DNA of 64,000 nt from Mobula hypostoma (GCF_963921235.1 NC_086109.1:2854001-2918000); one strand, 5' to 3'. Shown: positions 37,601 through 51,863, numbered from the stretch's first letter. Notes: generated from the sequence alone by a model not told the origin. A program made the numbers and translations.

Positions 37601-40600
37601 GATGCATTATCTGGAAGAATTCACAACAACACAAGAAGATAGGAGCAGAAATGGGCTATCAGGCTCCTCAAATCCATCACCACGATGGTTGATCTTTGCA
37701 GGTCTCAACTCCTCTTCTTCACCACACCCCTGTTAGGTTTGTAATCAGTGACATACATTGTGAAATTTGTTGTTTTTGGCAGTGGTGAAGTTCAAGATAG
37801 AAAAAATTACCCTAAGTCACATAACATAGATAAATAGTGCAAAAGAGAATGAATGTGGCAGTGCCTGTGGGTTTATGAACTGCTCAAAAATAAAATACTG
37901 AAGGGGAAGAAGCTGCTTCTAAAACAGCTTCAAATATTTACCCAAATCTACTTGAAATACTTCTAATGATCCTGCTTCCACCGAGCTCGAGGACAGACAA
38001 TTCCAGAGATTCACCACCCTCTGTGAGAAGAAATTTCCACATACCTCAGTTTTAAATGACAAGCCCTTTATCTTGTAGTTATGTCTCCTTGTTCGCGATT
38101 CTCCCACTAGCGAAAACAAAGGTCAGTACTTTCAGACTGAAATACAATATTACAATAGACCGATCAACTGGTCTGCTCAAGTTGAAGTTTTCCAATGACT
38201 TGGAATGAAGCCATAACAAAAAGGCATTCAAAGGAGCCAATCAAAGGCATTTTTAGAAAATGTTAAATCCAGCAGCTTTACTTGCAGACTAATTTGGTGA
38301 GCCTTAACTATATAACTAACAAGCCTATGTTATGAGAGCTTATGGGGATTGAAAGGCTTCAAAAATAGTCCATGGCAAGCATTGACAACAGACTTGCTTC
38401 AGTAAAAGGGCAAAGAAATATGTGTATTTAATGGAAAAGAAATATGCTAAATGTGCGCTTTTAAACCGAGGGAATATCGTTGCATTAAATGAACAGGTTA
38501 TTGTGTATTGAGGCAAAATGGGTTTGAAATATATCAGTCAATTGAGTTTTATTCTGTTTATCTAATTTTATAACATCTAACATTATTACCCGGTTATTGT
38601 TTAAACATACTGGTTGCAAATGAATAAGAAAATCCATTTTGAAAATGTGTAAGCAGGAGGATTTGCCTAAGCACCACCTGCACACAAGGAGAGACAGCTG
38701 TTTCCTTTTTGAGAGGGAGAAAAAAACAGATCTTTTGGAGAGCAATAGGTTTGGGCAGAGAAAGTCCACACCTAAAGATGATTACACCTGGCAAGTGCAA
38801 CTTTTCAAACCGTTTCAGACTTGTCAAACATACTTTGGTTCTGCAGGTTGCTGCAGGTTCCTGAAGAAACAAACAGCCATTGTTCACTCTGAGCCACTGT
38901 AACCCTTTTCTGACTGCAGTGCTTTTGTCCTTTCAATTTTTACCGCACGAATTATTCCATATAGAAATTAAAAGTTTCTTTAATTTTCTAAAAAGCAAAA
39001 CATATGTCTCTGGAATTTCTTGTGACTCATTTTCAACCAAGGTGAATTAATTTGTTTTTATACATCTTCATATAGTCTGGGACTTATTGATCATAGCATG
39101 TTCTCACCATAAGTAACTAGAAATTTTCTCCAATTTGTTCTAACTCGTTCCAGAATTTGTATTCCATTATATTTTCTGTCTGATCTATTTTGAAATACAA
39201 AGTAGAATATCACAAAATAATATTCCAGTGCATAGAAACTAACAATTCCTCACAAATTAACAGTGGCTTCTTGGAAATTTAGTTTGGTCAGAGGGGCTTG
39301 ATGTTTTAAACATAAAAATATCTTTTCAATTCACCTTAGAGCATAGAACAGTACAGCACAGGAACTGGCCCTTTGGCTCACAATGTGGTGCCAAACTTGC
39401 TAGAAACCAAATCAAAAACACCCAAAAACTAATCTCCCCTACCTACACAATGCCCATATCCCTCCGCTTTCCTCACATTCATGTGCGTATCCAAAGGGCT
39501 CTTAAAAGCCTCTAGCAGCATACCAGGCAGCGCATTCCCACACCTACCACTCTCTGAGTCAAAAACTTACTCCTCACATCCCCTTTGAGCCTACCCCCTC
39601 TCACCTTCAATGCATATCCCCTGGAATTAAACATTTCTACCATGGGAAAAAGATACTCGCTATCTACTCTCTCAACGTATCTCATAATCTTATAAACCTC
39701 CAGTAGATGTCCCCTTGGCCTCCACCACTCTAAAGAAATCATCAGGCATATTTCTGGTTAAGTTGTTTTAAACCAACTTAATGGCTGAGATTTTCGTGGC
39801 GATAATCAAAATCTGACTTTTTGCAAAGTCTTTGTTTCAGTTCAGTTCTGGGAAGATGATTCTGGATAAAAAAAAGTCTCCCTTCACCTTAACTATAGAA
39901 GGAATTGGAAAGGCTTTGTCTTGAATTAAAGGGTAAAATGACAATATTTCCTAAGTAAAATAGTCCCAGAATGGAAAGAAAAAAAAGTTTACTGCTTTTT
40001 CCTCCTTCTTCCCAACTATTTAATTGCCTTTCAAATGAGTGTTACAGGGGCACAGTAACTAACTGCATGACTGCTCTCTGGCAAGATCAGTTTTACCCCA
40101 AGAGTCCCTGCTTTAAGCTGTTCCAATCTTAGTCAAGCCCTCCAGGAAACTTCAGGTGTAGTCAGGTTTTGCATCTGAAGGAAAGAAGGACAGCGAGGGT
40201 TAAGTCAAATTGTACCATGATTACATGTTTTCTTCACAAGCAATTTCAGGAAATTCACACACTCTCTTCTGTGAATTTTGGGATTGCTATGCTTTCTGTC
40301 ACTGTAACTTTATTATAGGACCAAAAAGAGGAATAAATACAATCCAGTGGAAAAAGGAGACAAGAAATTGTATTAGTTATCTCTGCTTTAAAAATTACTA
40401 TACAAACTACATTTCTCGTTCATAGAGGAAGAGGCTGACTAAAGTTTCTTTCACAAACCTATCATTTTCTAATACTATAAATACTATAAAACAGATCACT
40501 CACCAGTCTCCATACACGAAGATCACCAGCAGGAACAAGTTTCCTAGAACTCAAGTAAAAGTATATCTTTTGTTTTACTGAGAAGTTAAGAAGACTAAAT

Positions 40601-41307
40601 AGATGAGGAAGAGAAAGTCCGGTGTGAGGAGGAAATATTAGATAGGGGTTTTCACATGAAAAGAACAAAAAAAAACTATTCTGTAAAACAGAAATTATGG
40701 TGGAAATAGGCAATGCCTTAAAAAGGATCATTTAAAAAGAAAACATTTTGTTTTAAAATATGAAAATAAGAAGGCGATTTAGAAATTAGACAAGAAAGAG
40801 AAGGGAAGCAGATCAGGGGAGTGTGAGATGAGTGATCAGAATTTTCATCCTGAGCTCTTAGCTCTTATCTACTTGTCTCAACATCTCAGTTGTCAGCCTG
40901 TCTAATACAACAGTCCAATAAACAGCAGTCTCCCAAACCTACTCCGCCTCCAATTTGACATGTTAAGGATTTTACGCTGTGGGGGAAGTCTTTGTTTTCA
41001 AAAGCTGACACCTGGTCTCACCTAGGAAAGACGAATAACTATGCTTTACAGAATACTTAACCCCTTGGTAGCTCATGAGCGTTTTTTCATAATACGCCTG
41101 GGACAAAATCAATGAAATTTATTGCATAATGATTCCGAGATCTTGTGGAAATGGGTAGTGACGTGAAATCTATTAACTCTTTCAGACAATGCATTCTAAT
41201 ACAGAATCATCCCATTTGGGGGTAACTATAGGAGGTCCGGATTACTCTGGACCAGATCTACCAACAAAGCACAAGCAATTAATCTCTAATGAGCACACAC
41301 CAGTCTT

Positions 41308-42520
41308 CACAGAGGGTCAGAAATGGAAATAGTGAGCAGTTTCAAGTTCCTGTGTGTCAAAGTCCCTGAGTATCTAACCTGGACCCAATATATTGCCGCA
41401 GCTACAGAGAAGGTACGACAATGGCTATATTTCATTAGGAGTTTGAGGTGATCTACTATGTCGCCTAACAGACTTGCAAATTTGGAGAGCATCCTAATTG
41501 GCTGCATCACCGTCTGGCATGGAGGGGAGTGCTACTACACAGGATCAAGGTAAGCTGCAAAAAGTTGTAAAATTAGCCAGTTCCATTATGGGCACGAGAC
41601 TTCACAGTATCCAGGATACCTTCAAGGAGTAATGTTGCAAAAAGGCTGTGTCCATCATTAAGGACCCCCATTATCTGGGTCATAGATGCACCGTAGAAAG
41701 CACTCTTCTGGAGTGCATCACAATCTGGTATGGAAGTTGTCCTGTCCAAGACCGGAAGAAGCTGCAGAAGATCATGAACACAGCCCAGCACATCACACAA
41801 ACCAATCTTCCATCCTTGGACTCACTTTACTCTGCACGCTGTTGGAGCAGTGCTGCCAGGATAATCAAGGACACGTCCCACCCAGCCAACACACTTCTCG
41901 TCCCTCTTCCCCCCGGGAGAAGACTCAGGAGCTTGAAGACTCGTACAGCCAGATTTGGGAACAGCTTCTTTCCAACTGTGATAAGACTGCTGAACGGATC
42001 CTGACCCGGATCTGGGCCATACCCTCCAAATATCCGGATCTGCCTCTCGTTTTTTTTTGCACTACATTACTTCCCATTTTCTATTTCCTATTTATGATTT
42101 ATAATTTAAATTTTTAATATTTACTATTGATTTGTACTCCAGGGAGGGGGAAGCGCAGAATCAAATATCGCTGTGATGATTGTACGTTCTAGTATCAATC
42201 GTATGGTGACAATAAAGTATAAAGTGCTCATTGCTACCGTCAGGAAGGAGGTACAGGAGCCTGAAGACACACACTCAATGATTCAGGAACAGCTTCTTCC
42301 CCTCTGCCATCAGATTTCTGAATGGACATTGAACGCATGAACACTACCTCACTATTTTTTTATTTCTATTTTTGCACTAGTCATTTGATTTATCTATTTA
42401 ATATATATAAAACTATAATTCACATTTTTCTATTATTATGTATTGCATTGTACTACTTCCGCTAAGTTAACAAATTTGATGACATAAGGTGGTGATATTA
42501 AACCTGATTCTGATTCTGAA
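41308..42520 (+). mobile_element. Old Rex1/L2-type fragment with a younger Rex1-type 3' end nested at about 41681-42225
   Basis: VES.L..CIT.WYG, HP...L..LP.GRR.RSLKTRT.R..NSFFP motifs; aataaagtataaagt tail. Confidence 0.75.
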
Positions 42521-43039
42521 ATGATACATAGCTCCTTTTAATCTTCCCTTTCTGAATTATTAGCCAGCTGTGGTGTTAGCAGCATTGCCCTGTTATCAGA
42601 TAGGTCTTCAATCAGAACACCAACATCTGAGAGTAGAGAGGATATAACTATTATTTTATGTGTCCCAGTAGTTTTCTTATCGTGATTTCATCTTCCTACT
42701 TAAGTACAAAATAAGTTGGAGCATTTTTGATTTAGCTGACACTCAAGGTATTTTAAAGCACAAGGCCATTCATCTTTTCTCTCCAGTGCTAGTTCAATTT
42801 GATGTTCTACTTTCAAATCACTGGCATCCTGACACTGTTATTGATCACAACATGTTCTGGCTGTAGGTAGCTAGAAATTTTCTCCAATTTAGAGCAGAAT
42901 AAAACAGAACTTTATTGTCATTGCACAGGACAACAAGATTACCGTGCTACTCCAGTCCCTGCAAAACAGATATTTACAATGCATACAGCATGGCTTAATT
43001 TTTTAAAAATCCCTTATTTACATGCAACAAGTAACTTAA

Positions 43040-43562
43040 GAACATAACGTAAGAAACAGGAGCAGGAGTCGGCTATCTGGACCGTCAAACCTGCTCCGCC
43101 ATTCAGTAAGGTGATGGCTGATCACACCATGGACTCATCTCCACCTACCTGTCTTTTCCCCATAACCCCTAATTCCCCTACTATGCAAAAATCTATCCAA
43201 CCTTATCTTAAATGTATTTACTGAGGTAGCCTCTGCTGCTTCACAGGACCGAGAATTTCACAGATTCACCATTCTTTGGGAAAAGCAGTTCCTCCTCATC
43301 TCTGTCCTAAATTTACTCTCTCGAATCTTGAGGCTATGTCCCCTAGTCCTGACGAAGGGTCTCAGCCTGAAACGTCGACTGCACCTCTTCTTACAGATGC
43401 TGCCTGGCCTGCTGCATTCACCAGCAACTTTGATGTGTGTCCCCTAGTTTTAGTCTCACCTACCAGTGGAAACAGCTTTCCTGCCTCTATCTTATCTATC
43501 CCTTTCATAATTTTATATGTTTCCATAAGATCTCTTCTTATTCTTCTGAATTCCAGTGAGTA
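43040..43562 (-). mobile_element. CR1 3' end interrupted by a hammerhead-bearing PLE mini-insert
   Basis: YSLEFRR...GKLFPLVGETKTRGH; insert between TSDs tgtcccctagt. Confidence 0.85.
43345..43380 (+). ncRNA. Minimal type I hammerhead ribozyme (intact)
   Basis: AGTC CTGACGA AGG gtctcag CCT GAAA CGTC GACT. Confidence 0.8.
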
Positions 43563-44609
43563 CGATAATCCATAATATTCAAAGGCAAGCCGGGGTGTGG
43601 TATTATTCAGAGGCACAACAGCCAAGGGGGAGAAGCTGTCTTTCAATCTTACTGTCTTGGTTAAGATGTTTCTGTATCTTTTACCAGATGGCAGGAGATT
43701 GAACAGACAGCGTCTCTATGATGGGATGGGTTTTAATGATGTTACGAGTGTGTTGTAGGCATCGAAAGTTGTAGAGACTCCAGGTCCAGTAGTTGAGTCC
43801 CAGTGATGTGCTGGAGTGCTTTGTGATTGGTCTTGCTGCAGCCAGAGTACCACATTGTCCTTCTGTATATCAGTATGCTCTCTATCACACATCTGTAAAA
43901 GTTGGCCAGCAATTTTTGAGGCAGAATAGCTCTCCCTAAGCAGCTCACAGTATAGTCACTGTTGTGCCTACCCTAATTTCAAGGTTCTGTTGATGGACCA
44001 AGAGAGCTTCTCGATGATGTTCACCCCAAAAAATTGAACCTGGAGACCCTTTCCAATTATTTATTCCAAAACACCCAGGAATTTGTATTGTCTCTCTGAA
44101 GCACAAAATGGAATATCACCAAAGGATATTCCAGTGATTTAGCTTCTTTTTATTCCTTCTGTAAAATTTAATTACATCATTTTCTTTCAATCAAATATGT
44201 TTTTATTTTTCTGATGTGTCTTCATGAGTTGCAAAAAATCCATGCCTTTTAAAATTTGTAGTAATTCTCACAACTGTAACATGATGCTACGCTGTTCTTT
44301 ACAAAGATTAATGTTTGTAGTCTGTTACAGCCCATGAAGTCCTTTGCAGTTGTATCATTGTATGAAGGAGGAGACCCGACAGTCAATTTGTACGTGAGAT
44401 CCCAGAAGCAGATATTCTGCTTCACTGAGGTACAAATAACATTTTTGAGAGAACATTTCTTCTTTTTGTAGGGAAGGAATTATTGATATGCACTAAGGTT
44501 TATGAACTCATCTGAAGCTATAATGTTCAATTATATAATTCTAAACAGACAGACCAATGCCTGTGTTCAAAGTGGCATTTGACTTTTGCAGATTCCACAA
44601 GAAAGTAGT

Positions 44610-45120
44610 GAAAGTGTTCCTCCTTCCCTTTCTCCTATTGTTCACTCTCCTCTCTTTTCAGATCCCTTCATCTCCAGCCATTTATCTTTCCCACCCACCT
44701 GGCTTCACCTATCACTTTCTAGCTATCCTCCTTCCCCTCCCCACACCTTTCTATTCTGACATCTTCCCCCTTCCTATCCATCCTTGAAGAAAGATCTCTG
44801 CCTGAAACGTCGACTGTTTATTCATTTCCATAGATGCTGCCTGATCTGCTGCGTTCCTCCAGCATTTTGTGTGTGTTGTTTTGGATCTCCAGCTTCTGCA
44901 GAATCTCTTGTGTTTGTAAGGTGGTTTGTTTCTCTTTGAATTGAGAAGGGTATCAACTAATTTGTTAACTCAAGAGACTCTGTAGATGCTGGAAATCCAT
45001 AGTAACACACACAATACACTGGAGGAACTCTGCAAGTCGGGCAGCATTGAAAGGAAAAAAGCACTAACATTTCAGGTCGAGACCCTTTATCGTGACTTGA
45101 AGGGAAGGGGGAAGAGTGGG
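44610..45120. mobile_element. Two decayed PLE terminal repeats, tail to tail
   Basis: Plus copy about 44610-44920 and minus copy from about 44975; degenerate hammerhead cores at 44779-44815 and 45061-45097. Confidence 0.7.
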
Positions 45121-45128
45121 ACTAAGAA

Positions 45129-45954
45129 CATAGTCATAGTCATAGTCATAGTCATACTTTATTGATCCCAGGGGAAATTGGTTTTCGTTACAGTTGCACC
45201 ATAAATAATTAAATAGTAATAGAACCATAAATAGTTAAGTAGTAATATGTAAATTATGCCAGGAAATAAGTCCAGGACCAGCCTATTGGCTCAGAATGTC
45301 TGACCCTCCAAGGGAGGAGTTGTAAAGTTTGATGGCCACAGGCAGGAATGACTTCCTATGACGCTCTGTGTTGCATCTCGGTGGAATGAGTCTCTGGCTG
45401 AATGAACTCCTGTGCCCAACCAGGATGTTATGTAGTGGATGGGAGACATTGTCCAAGATGGCATGCAACTTAGACAGCATCCTCTTTTCAGACACCACCG
45501 TCAGAGAGTCCAGTTCCAACCCCACAACATCACTGACCTTACGAATGAGTTTGTTGATTCTGTTGGTGTCTGCCACCCTCAGCCTGCTGCCCCAGCACAC
45601 AACAGCAAACATGACAGCACTGGCCACCACAGACTCGTAGAACATCCTCAGCATCGTCTGGCAGATGTTAAAGGACCTCAGTCTCCTCAGGAAATAGAGA
45701 TGGCTCTGACCCTTCTTGTAGACAGCCTCAGTGTTCTTTGACCAGTCCAGTTTATTGTCAATTTGTATCCCCAGGTATTTGTACTCCTCCACCATGTCCA
45801 CCCTGACCCCCTGGATGGAAACAGGGGTCACCGGTACCTTAGCTCTCCTCAGGTCTACCACCAGCTCCTTAGTCTTTTTCACATTAAGCTGTAGATAATT
45901 CTTCTCACACCATGTGACAAAGTTTCCTACCGTAGCCCTGTACTCAGCCTCATC
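45129..45954 (-). mobile_element. Rex1/Babar LINE 3' end
   Basis: KTKELVVDLRR, YKYLG, YFLRRLRSFNIC motifs; (GACTAT)n tail. Confidence 0.9.
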
Positions 45955-46865
45955 AAGAAGGTTGGGATAAGGGAAGGTGATGGTGAGGGGGTAGGTTTGT
46001 GAGTAGGAGAGGAGGGAGGTGAGAAGCTGGGATGTGATTGGTGGGAATGGTAGTGCAATTGTAGGGGTGTGGAGGGCTATGGTCCTGGTGCAAATCGATG
46101 GGAGTAGGCATTTTCAATGATTCAGCACCAACTAGATGGGCTAAAGAACCTGTTTCTGTGCTGTACCTTTCCATGACTCTATGGGTGAAGAAGAAGGAGT
46201 CTGATAGAGAGGAGAGTGGACATCATTCACTGTGTATGTCCTGCACTGATTTACACATGTAAACTGCGTCACGTTGCAGTTGTTTGAGTTAAATTCCATC
46301 AGCCATTTCTGGTGTATTTTCGCAGATGACTAAGATCCTATTATAACTTCAAATAAATGTCACTGCCTGCTCTCCTGCCATCCACAAAATCACTAAATCA
46401 TACGATCTACATTCTCACCAAAATTGTTCATATATATAAAACAACCAACAGTGGAATCACCACTGATTCCTACAGCACATCGCTGGTCAGGTCTCCAAAT
46501 TGAATAGTAATCTTTCTCTACTACCTTGTTCCTCCTGTACTAAGTTAGTTTTCTATCCAGTTGGCCAACTCACTCTGTGATTCTATGTCATCTAACTTGT
46601 CAACCAACTAACTGTGCAGAACCTTGCTAAAGACCACATAGCCATCTATCATCTACCACCCTGCCCTCATCAATCCTCTTCATCACCTCTAGAAGGTTGC
46701 AAGCTGGAGTGTGTGTGTGAAACATGATCGACACTCTGGTTGGAGGGATGCCAGAAATAGTGTCATACAAATAGAAATTTATCTTAAAAATGTTGAATTC
46801 TGTCTTTATAAAGTCTGATAAAATGCCATCTAGCCAAAACCTTATCTCTGTTTTTTTCTCCACAG

Positions 46866-48316
46866 ATGGAATTGGCGGATTGGAAGACAGCAAATGTCAC
46901 GCCACTTTTTAAAAAAGGATGTAGGCAAAAGACGGGCAACTATAGGCCAGTTAGCTTAACATCTGTAGTCGGGAAAATGCTTGAAGCTGTCATTAAGGAA
47001 GAAATAGTGAAACATTTAGAAAGGAGTGGTTCCATTAGACAGACGCAGCATGGATTCAGAAAGGGCAGGTCCTGTTTGACAAACTTACTGGAGTTCTTAG
47101 AGGACATAATGAGTGCAGTGGATAGAGGGGAACAGCTGGATGTCATCTACTTGGATTTCCAGAAGGCGTTCGATAAGGTGCGGCACAAGAGACTTATAAA
47201 TAAGATATGGATGCATGGAGTCGGTGGAAGTGTATTGACAAGGATAGTGGATTGGTTAACCGATAGAAGGCAAAGAGTTGGTATAAATGGATGTTTCTCC
47301 GGTTGGCAGTCAGTGGTGAGTGGGGTGCCGCAGGGGTCGGTGCTGGGCCCGCAGCTGTTTACCATTTACATTGATGGTTTGGAAGAGGGGACTCATAGCA
47401 ACATTTGCTGATGACACTAAACTGAGTGGAAAAGCAAGTTGTACAGAGGATGTGAATAGTCTGCAGAGGGATATAGATAGGTTAAGTGAGTGGGCCAAGG
47501 TCTGGCAGATGGAATACAACGCTGGTAAATGCGAGATCATCCACTTCGGAAGGAATAATAGAAGAGCAGATTATTATTTAAATGGTGAAAGATTGCAGAA
47601 TGCTGTTGTGCAGAGGGACTTGGGAGTGCTTATTCATGAATCGCAAAAGTTGGCTTGCAGGTACAACAGGTTATTAAGAAGGCAAACTGAATGTTGGCCT
47701 TCACTGCTAGAGGGATTGAATTCAAGAGAAGAGAGGTCATGCTGCAACTATACAGGGTACTGGTGAGGCCGCACCTGGAGTACTGTGTGCAGTTCTGGTC
47801 TCCATACTTGAGGAAGGATATACTGGCTTTGGAGGCAGTGCAGAGGAGGTTCACCAGGTTGATTCCAGAGATGAAGGGGTTAACCTATGAGGAGAGATTG
47901 AGTCACCTGGGACTATACTCTCTGGAGTTCAGAAGAATGAGAGGGGATCTTATAGAAACATACAAAATTTTGAAAGGGATAGATAAGATAGAAGTAGGCA
48001 AGTTGTTTCCATTGGTAGGTGAGACTAGAACTAGGGGACATTGCCTCAAGATTCAGGGGAGAAGATTTGCGATGGAGATGAGGAGAAACTGTTTTTCCCA
48101 GAGAGTGGTGAATCTGTGAAATTCTCTGCCCAGGGAAGCAGTTGAGGCTTCTTCACTAAATATATTTAAGATACAGTTGGATAGGTTTTTACACAGTAAG
48201 GGAATTAAGGGTTATGGGGAAAAGGCAGGTAGATGGAGCTGAGTTTACGGATCTTATTGAATGGTAGAGCAGGCTCGATGGGCCAGATGGCCCACTCCTG
48301 CTCCTATTTGTTATGT
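46866..48316 (+). mobile_element. Young CR1 LINE, RT plus 3' end
   Basis: [49 protein letters not shown] motifs. Confidence 0.93.
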
Positions 48317-48519
48317 TGTCAAATGAACTGAGATACAACGAAAAGCTTGCCTTTGCATAGTGCTCGTACAGATCAAGTCACTACACAGTGCATTGACCTT
48401 GTGCAGGAAAACAAGAAGGTTCAAGGTCACAATAAAGTATATTGTGAGGTCGCAACTCTCATAACAACTGTCCATGAAACTGGTGGCACATACTTTCTGG
48501 CATCTACCCGAGGGGAGAG

Positions 48520-51330
48520 ACCATAAGACCATAAGAAATAGGACCAGAATTAGGACCTTTGGCCTATCAAGTCTGTTATACCATTTCATCATGGCTGATT
48601 CAATTTTCCTCTCAGCCCCAATCTCCTGCCCTCTCCCCGTATCCCTTCATGCCTGACCATTCAAGAATCTAACAACCTCTGCCTTAAACATGCATAATGA
48701 CTTGCCCTCCACAGCTGCTTGTGGCAAAGAATTCCACATGTTCAACACTCTGGCTAAAGAAATTCCTCTTCATCTCCTCTATTCTGAGTCTGTGTCCTCT
48801 GGTCTTAGATTATTTCACTATAGGAAACATCCTCTGTACAGCCACTCTATCAAGGCCTTTCACCATTTGATAGGTTTCAATGAGGTCACCCCTCATTCTT
48901 CTGAATTCCAGTGAATGCAATCCCAGAGCCATCAAACACTCTTCATATGACAAGCCATTTAATCCTGGAATCATTTTCATGAACTTCCTTTGAACCCTCT
49001 CCAATTTCAGCACATCCTTTCTAAGATAAGGGGCCCAAAACTGCTCACAATCATCCGAGTGAGGTCTCACCAGTGCTTTATAAAGTCTCAATATTACATC
49101 TTTGCTATCATATTCTAGTCCCCTTATAATGAATGCTAACTTGCATTTGCCTTCCTCACCACAGACTCAACCTGCAAATTCATTCTTAGGGAATCCTGCA
49201 CAAGGATTCCCAAGTCCCATTGCCCCTCAGTTTTTTGTATTTTCTCTTCATTTAGAAAATAGCCAACCCTTTCATTTCCTCTGTCAAAGTTCATGAATAT
49301 ACAGCTCCCAACCTTGTAATCCATTTGCCATTTCTTTGCCTGTTCTCCTAATCCAGCTAATTGTGTGTCCGACAGAGTGATCAGCAGCACTGGGGCTCCA
49401 CAGGGGACTGTCTTGTCTCCTTTTCTCTTCACCATTTACACCTCGGACTTCAACTACTGCACAGAGTCTTGTCATCTTCAGAAGTTTTCGGATGACTCTG
49501 CCATAGTTGGATGCATCAGCAAGGGAGATGAAGCTGAGTACAGGGCTACGGTAGGAAACTTTGTCACATGGTGTGAGCAGAATTATCTGCAGCTTAATAT
49601 GAAAAAGACGAAGGAGCTGGTGGTAGACCTGAGGAGAGCTAAGGTACCGGTGACCCCCGCTTCCATCCAGGGAGTCAGTGTGGACATGGTGGAGGATTAC
49701 AAATACCTGGGGATACAAAATGACAATAAACTGGACTGGTCAAAGAACACTGAGGCTGTCTACAAGAAGGGTCAGAGCCGTCTCTATTTCCTGAGGAGAC
49801 TGAGGTCCTTTAACATCTGCCGGACGATGCTGAGGATGTTCTATGAGTCTGTGGTGGCCAGTGCTATCATGTTTGCTGTTGTGTGCTGGGGCAGCAGGCT
49901 GAGGGTGGCAGACACCAACAGAATCAACAAACTCATTCGTAAGGCCAGTGATGTTGTGGGGATGGAACTGGACTCTCTGACAGTGGTGTCTGAAAAGAGG
50001 ATGCTGTCTAAGTTGCATGCCATCTTGGACAATGTCTCCCATCCACTACATAATGTACTGGTTGGGCACAGGAGTACATTCAGCCAGAGACTCATTCCAC
50101 CGAGATGCAGCACAGAGCGTCATAGGAAGTCATTCCTGCCTGTGGCCATCAAACTTTACAACTCCTCCCTTGGAGAGCCAGACACCCCGAGCTGATAGGC
50201 TGGTCTTGGACTTATTTCATAATTTACTGGCATAATTTACATATCACTATTTAACTATTTATGGTTCTATTACTATTTATTATTTATGGAGCAACTGTAA
50301 CGAAAACCAATTTCCCCCGGGATCAATAAAGTATGACTATGACTATGACTATGACTATGAATTCCTTCAGTAGCCTCTCCACTTCCTCAAAACTACCTGC
50401 TCCTCCCCCTGTCTTCATATCATCTGCAGCCTTTGCAACAAAGCCATGAAATCTATAATCCAAATCATTGCCTTATAACATAAGAAGAATCGGTCCCGAC
50501 ATAGACCACTGAGTAACACAACTGGACACCAGCAGCCAACCAAAAAAGGCTCTGTTTATTCCCTCTCCTTGCCACCTACCAATCAGCCACTGCTTTAGCC
50601 ATGCTAGAATCTTTCCTGTAATACCATGGGCTCGTAGCTTGCTAAGCAGCCTCATGTGTGGCACTTTGTCAAAGACCTTTTGAAAATCTAAGAACAAAAC
50701 ATCAACTGATTCACCTTTGTCTATCCTGCTTGTTATTTCTTTAAAGAATTCCAGCAGATTTGTCAGGCAAGATTTTCCCTTGAGGAAACCATGTTGACTA
50801 TGGTCTATTTTATCATGAGCCTCAAGTACGCTGAGATATCATCTTTAATAATCGACTATAAGATCTTCCCAACCACTGAGGTCAGACTAATGCCTATATT
50901 CTGCCTCTCTCCTTTCTTGAAGAGTGGAGTGACATTTGCAACTTTCCAGTCTTCCGGAACCGTCCCAGAATCTAGTGATCATTACTAATGCCTCCACGAT
51001 CTCTGCAGCCACCTCTTTCAGACCCCTGGGGGTCTGGTCCAGGTGACTTATCTACCTTCCGACCTTTCAGTTTCCTAAGAACCTTCTTTCTAGTTATGGT
51101 AACTTCACACACTTCATGATCCCAGACGCCTGGAATTTCCACAATACTGCTAGTTTCTTCCACAATGAAGACTTATGCAAAATACTTATTCAGTTCATCC
51201 ACCATATCATTGTCTTCCTTTATCACCTCTCCTGCATCATTTTCCAGCAGTCTGTTATTCTCTCTTGCCTCTCTTTTATACCTTATGTATCTGAAGAAGC
51301 TTTTTGTATCCTCTTTAATATTATTGGCTA
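48520..51330 (-). mobile_element. CR1 LINE interrupted by Rex1
   Basis: CR1 motifs on both sides of 49362-50359 (DFQK.FDKVPH, KSPGPD, LYKALVRPH). Confidence 0.85.
49362..50359 (+). mobile_element. Rex1/Babar LINE 3' end
   Basis: Open 276-aa ORF with STGAPQGTVLSPFLF and KFSDD; (GACTAT)n tail. Confidence 0.92.
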
Positions 51331-51651
51331 GAGATCATAGAGTTATAGAAATCTACAGCAGAGAAACAGACCCTTTGGCCCCTCTAGTCAGTGTCAAAGT
51401 ATTAATCTGCCTAGCCCATCAACCTGCACCCAGACCATAGCTCTCCATACCTCTTCCATCCACGTACCTATACAAATTTCTCAAGCATTGAAATCAAACC
51501 TGCAGCCATCATTTCTGCACAGACTGGATGTGCCAAAGAACTTGTTTCTGTACTGAAATTTTCTATAACTCTTTGCCTCCAGTCGGAGAGGCAACCATCT
51601 ACTACCACTCTCTGGCCTCTCTCTTGAAGCCAATGTCTACATCAATTTACT

Positions 51652-51863
51652 CATAGTCATAGTCATAGTCATAGTCATAGTCATATTTTATTGATCCCAG
51701 GGGAAATTGGTTTCATTACAGTTGCACCATAAATAATTAAATAGTACACAATTAAACAGCACACAACAGCAAACAATGATCGCACTGGCCACCACAGACT
51801 CGTAGAACATCCTCAGCATCGTCTGGCAGATGTTAAAGGACCTCAGTCTCCTCAGGAAATAGA
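51652..51863 (-). mobile_element. Internally deleted Rex1 copy
   Basis: (GACTAT)n tail joined to YFLRRLRSFNICQTMLRMFYESVVAS. Confidence 0.85.

Noticed and set aside
50334..50359. Short tandem arrays (GACTAT)n as telomere- or CRISPR-like repeats
   Set aside because: They are 3' tails of Rex1 LINEs; no spacer structure
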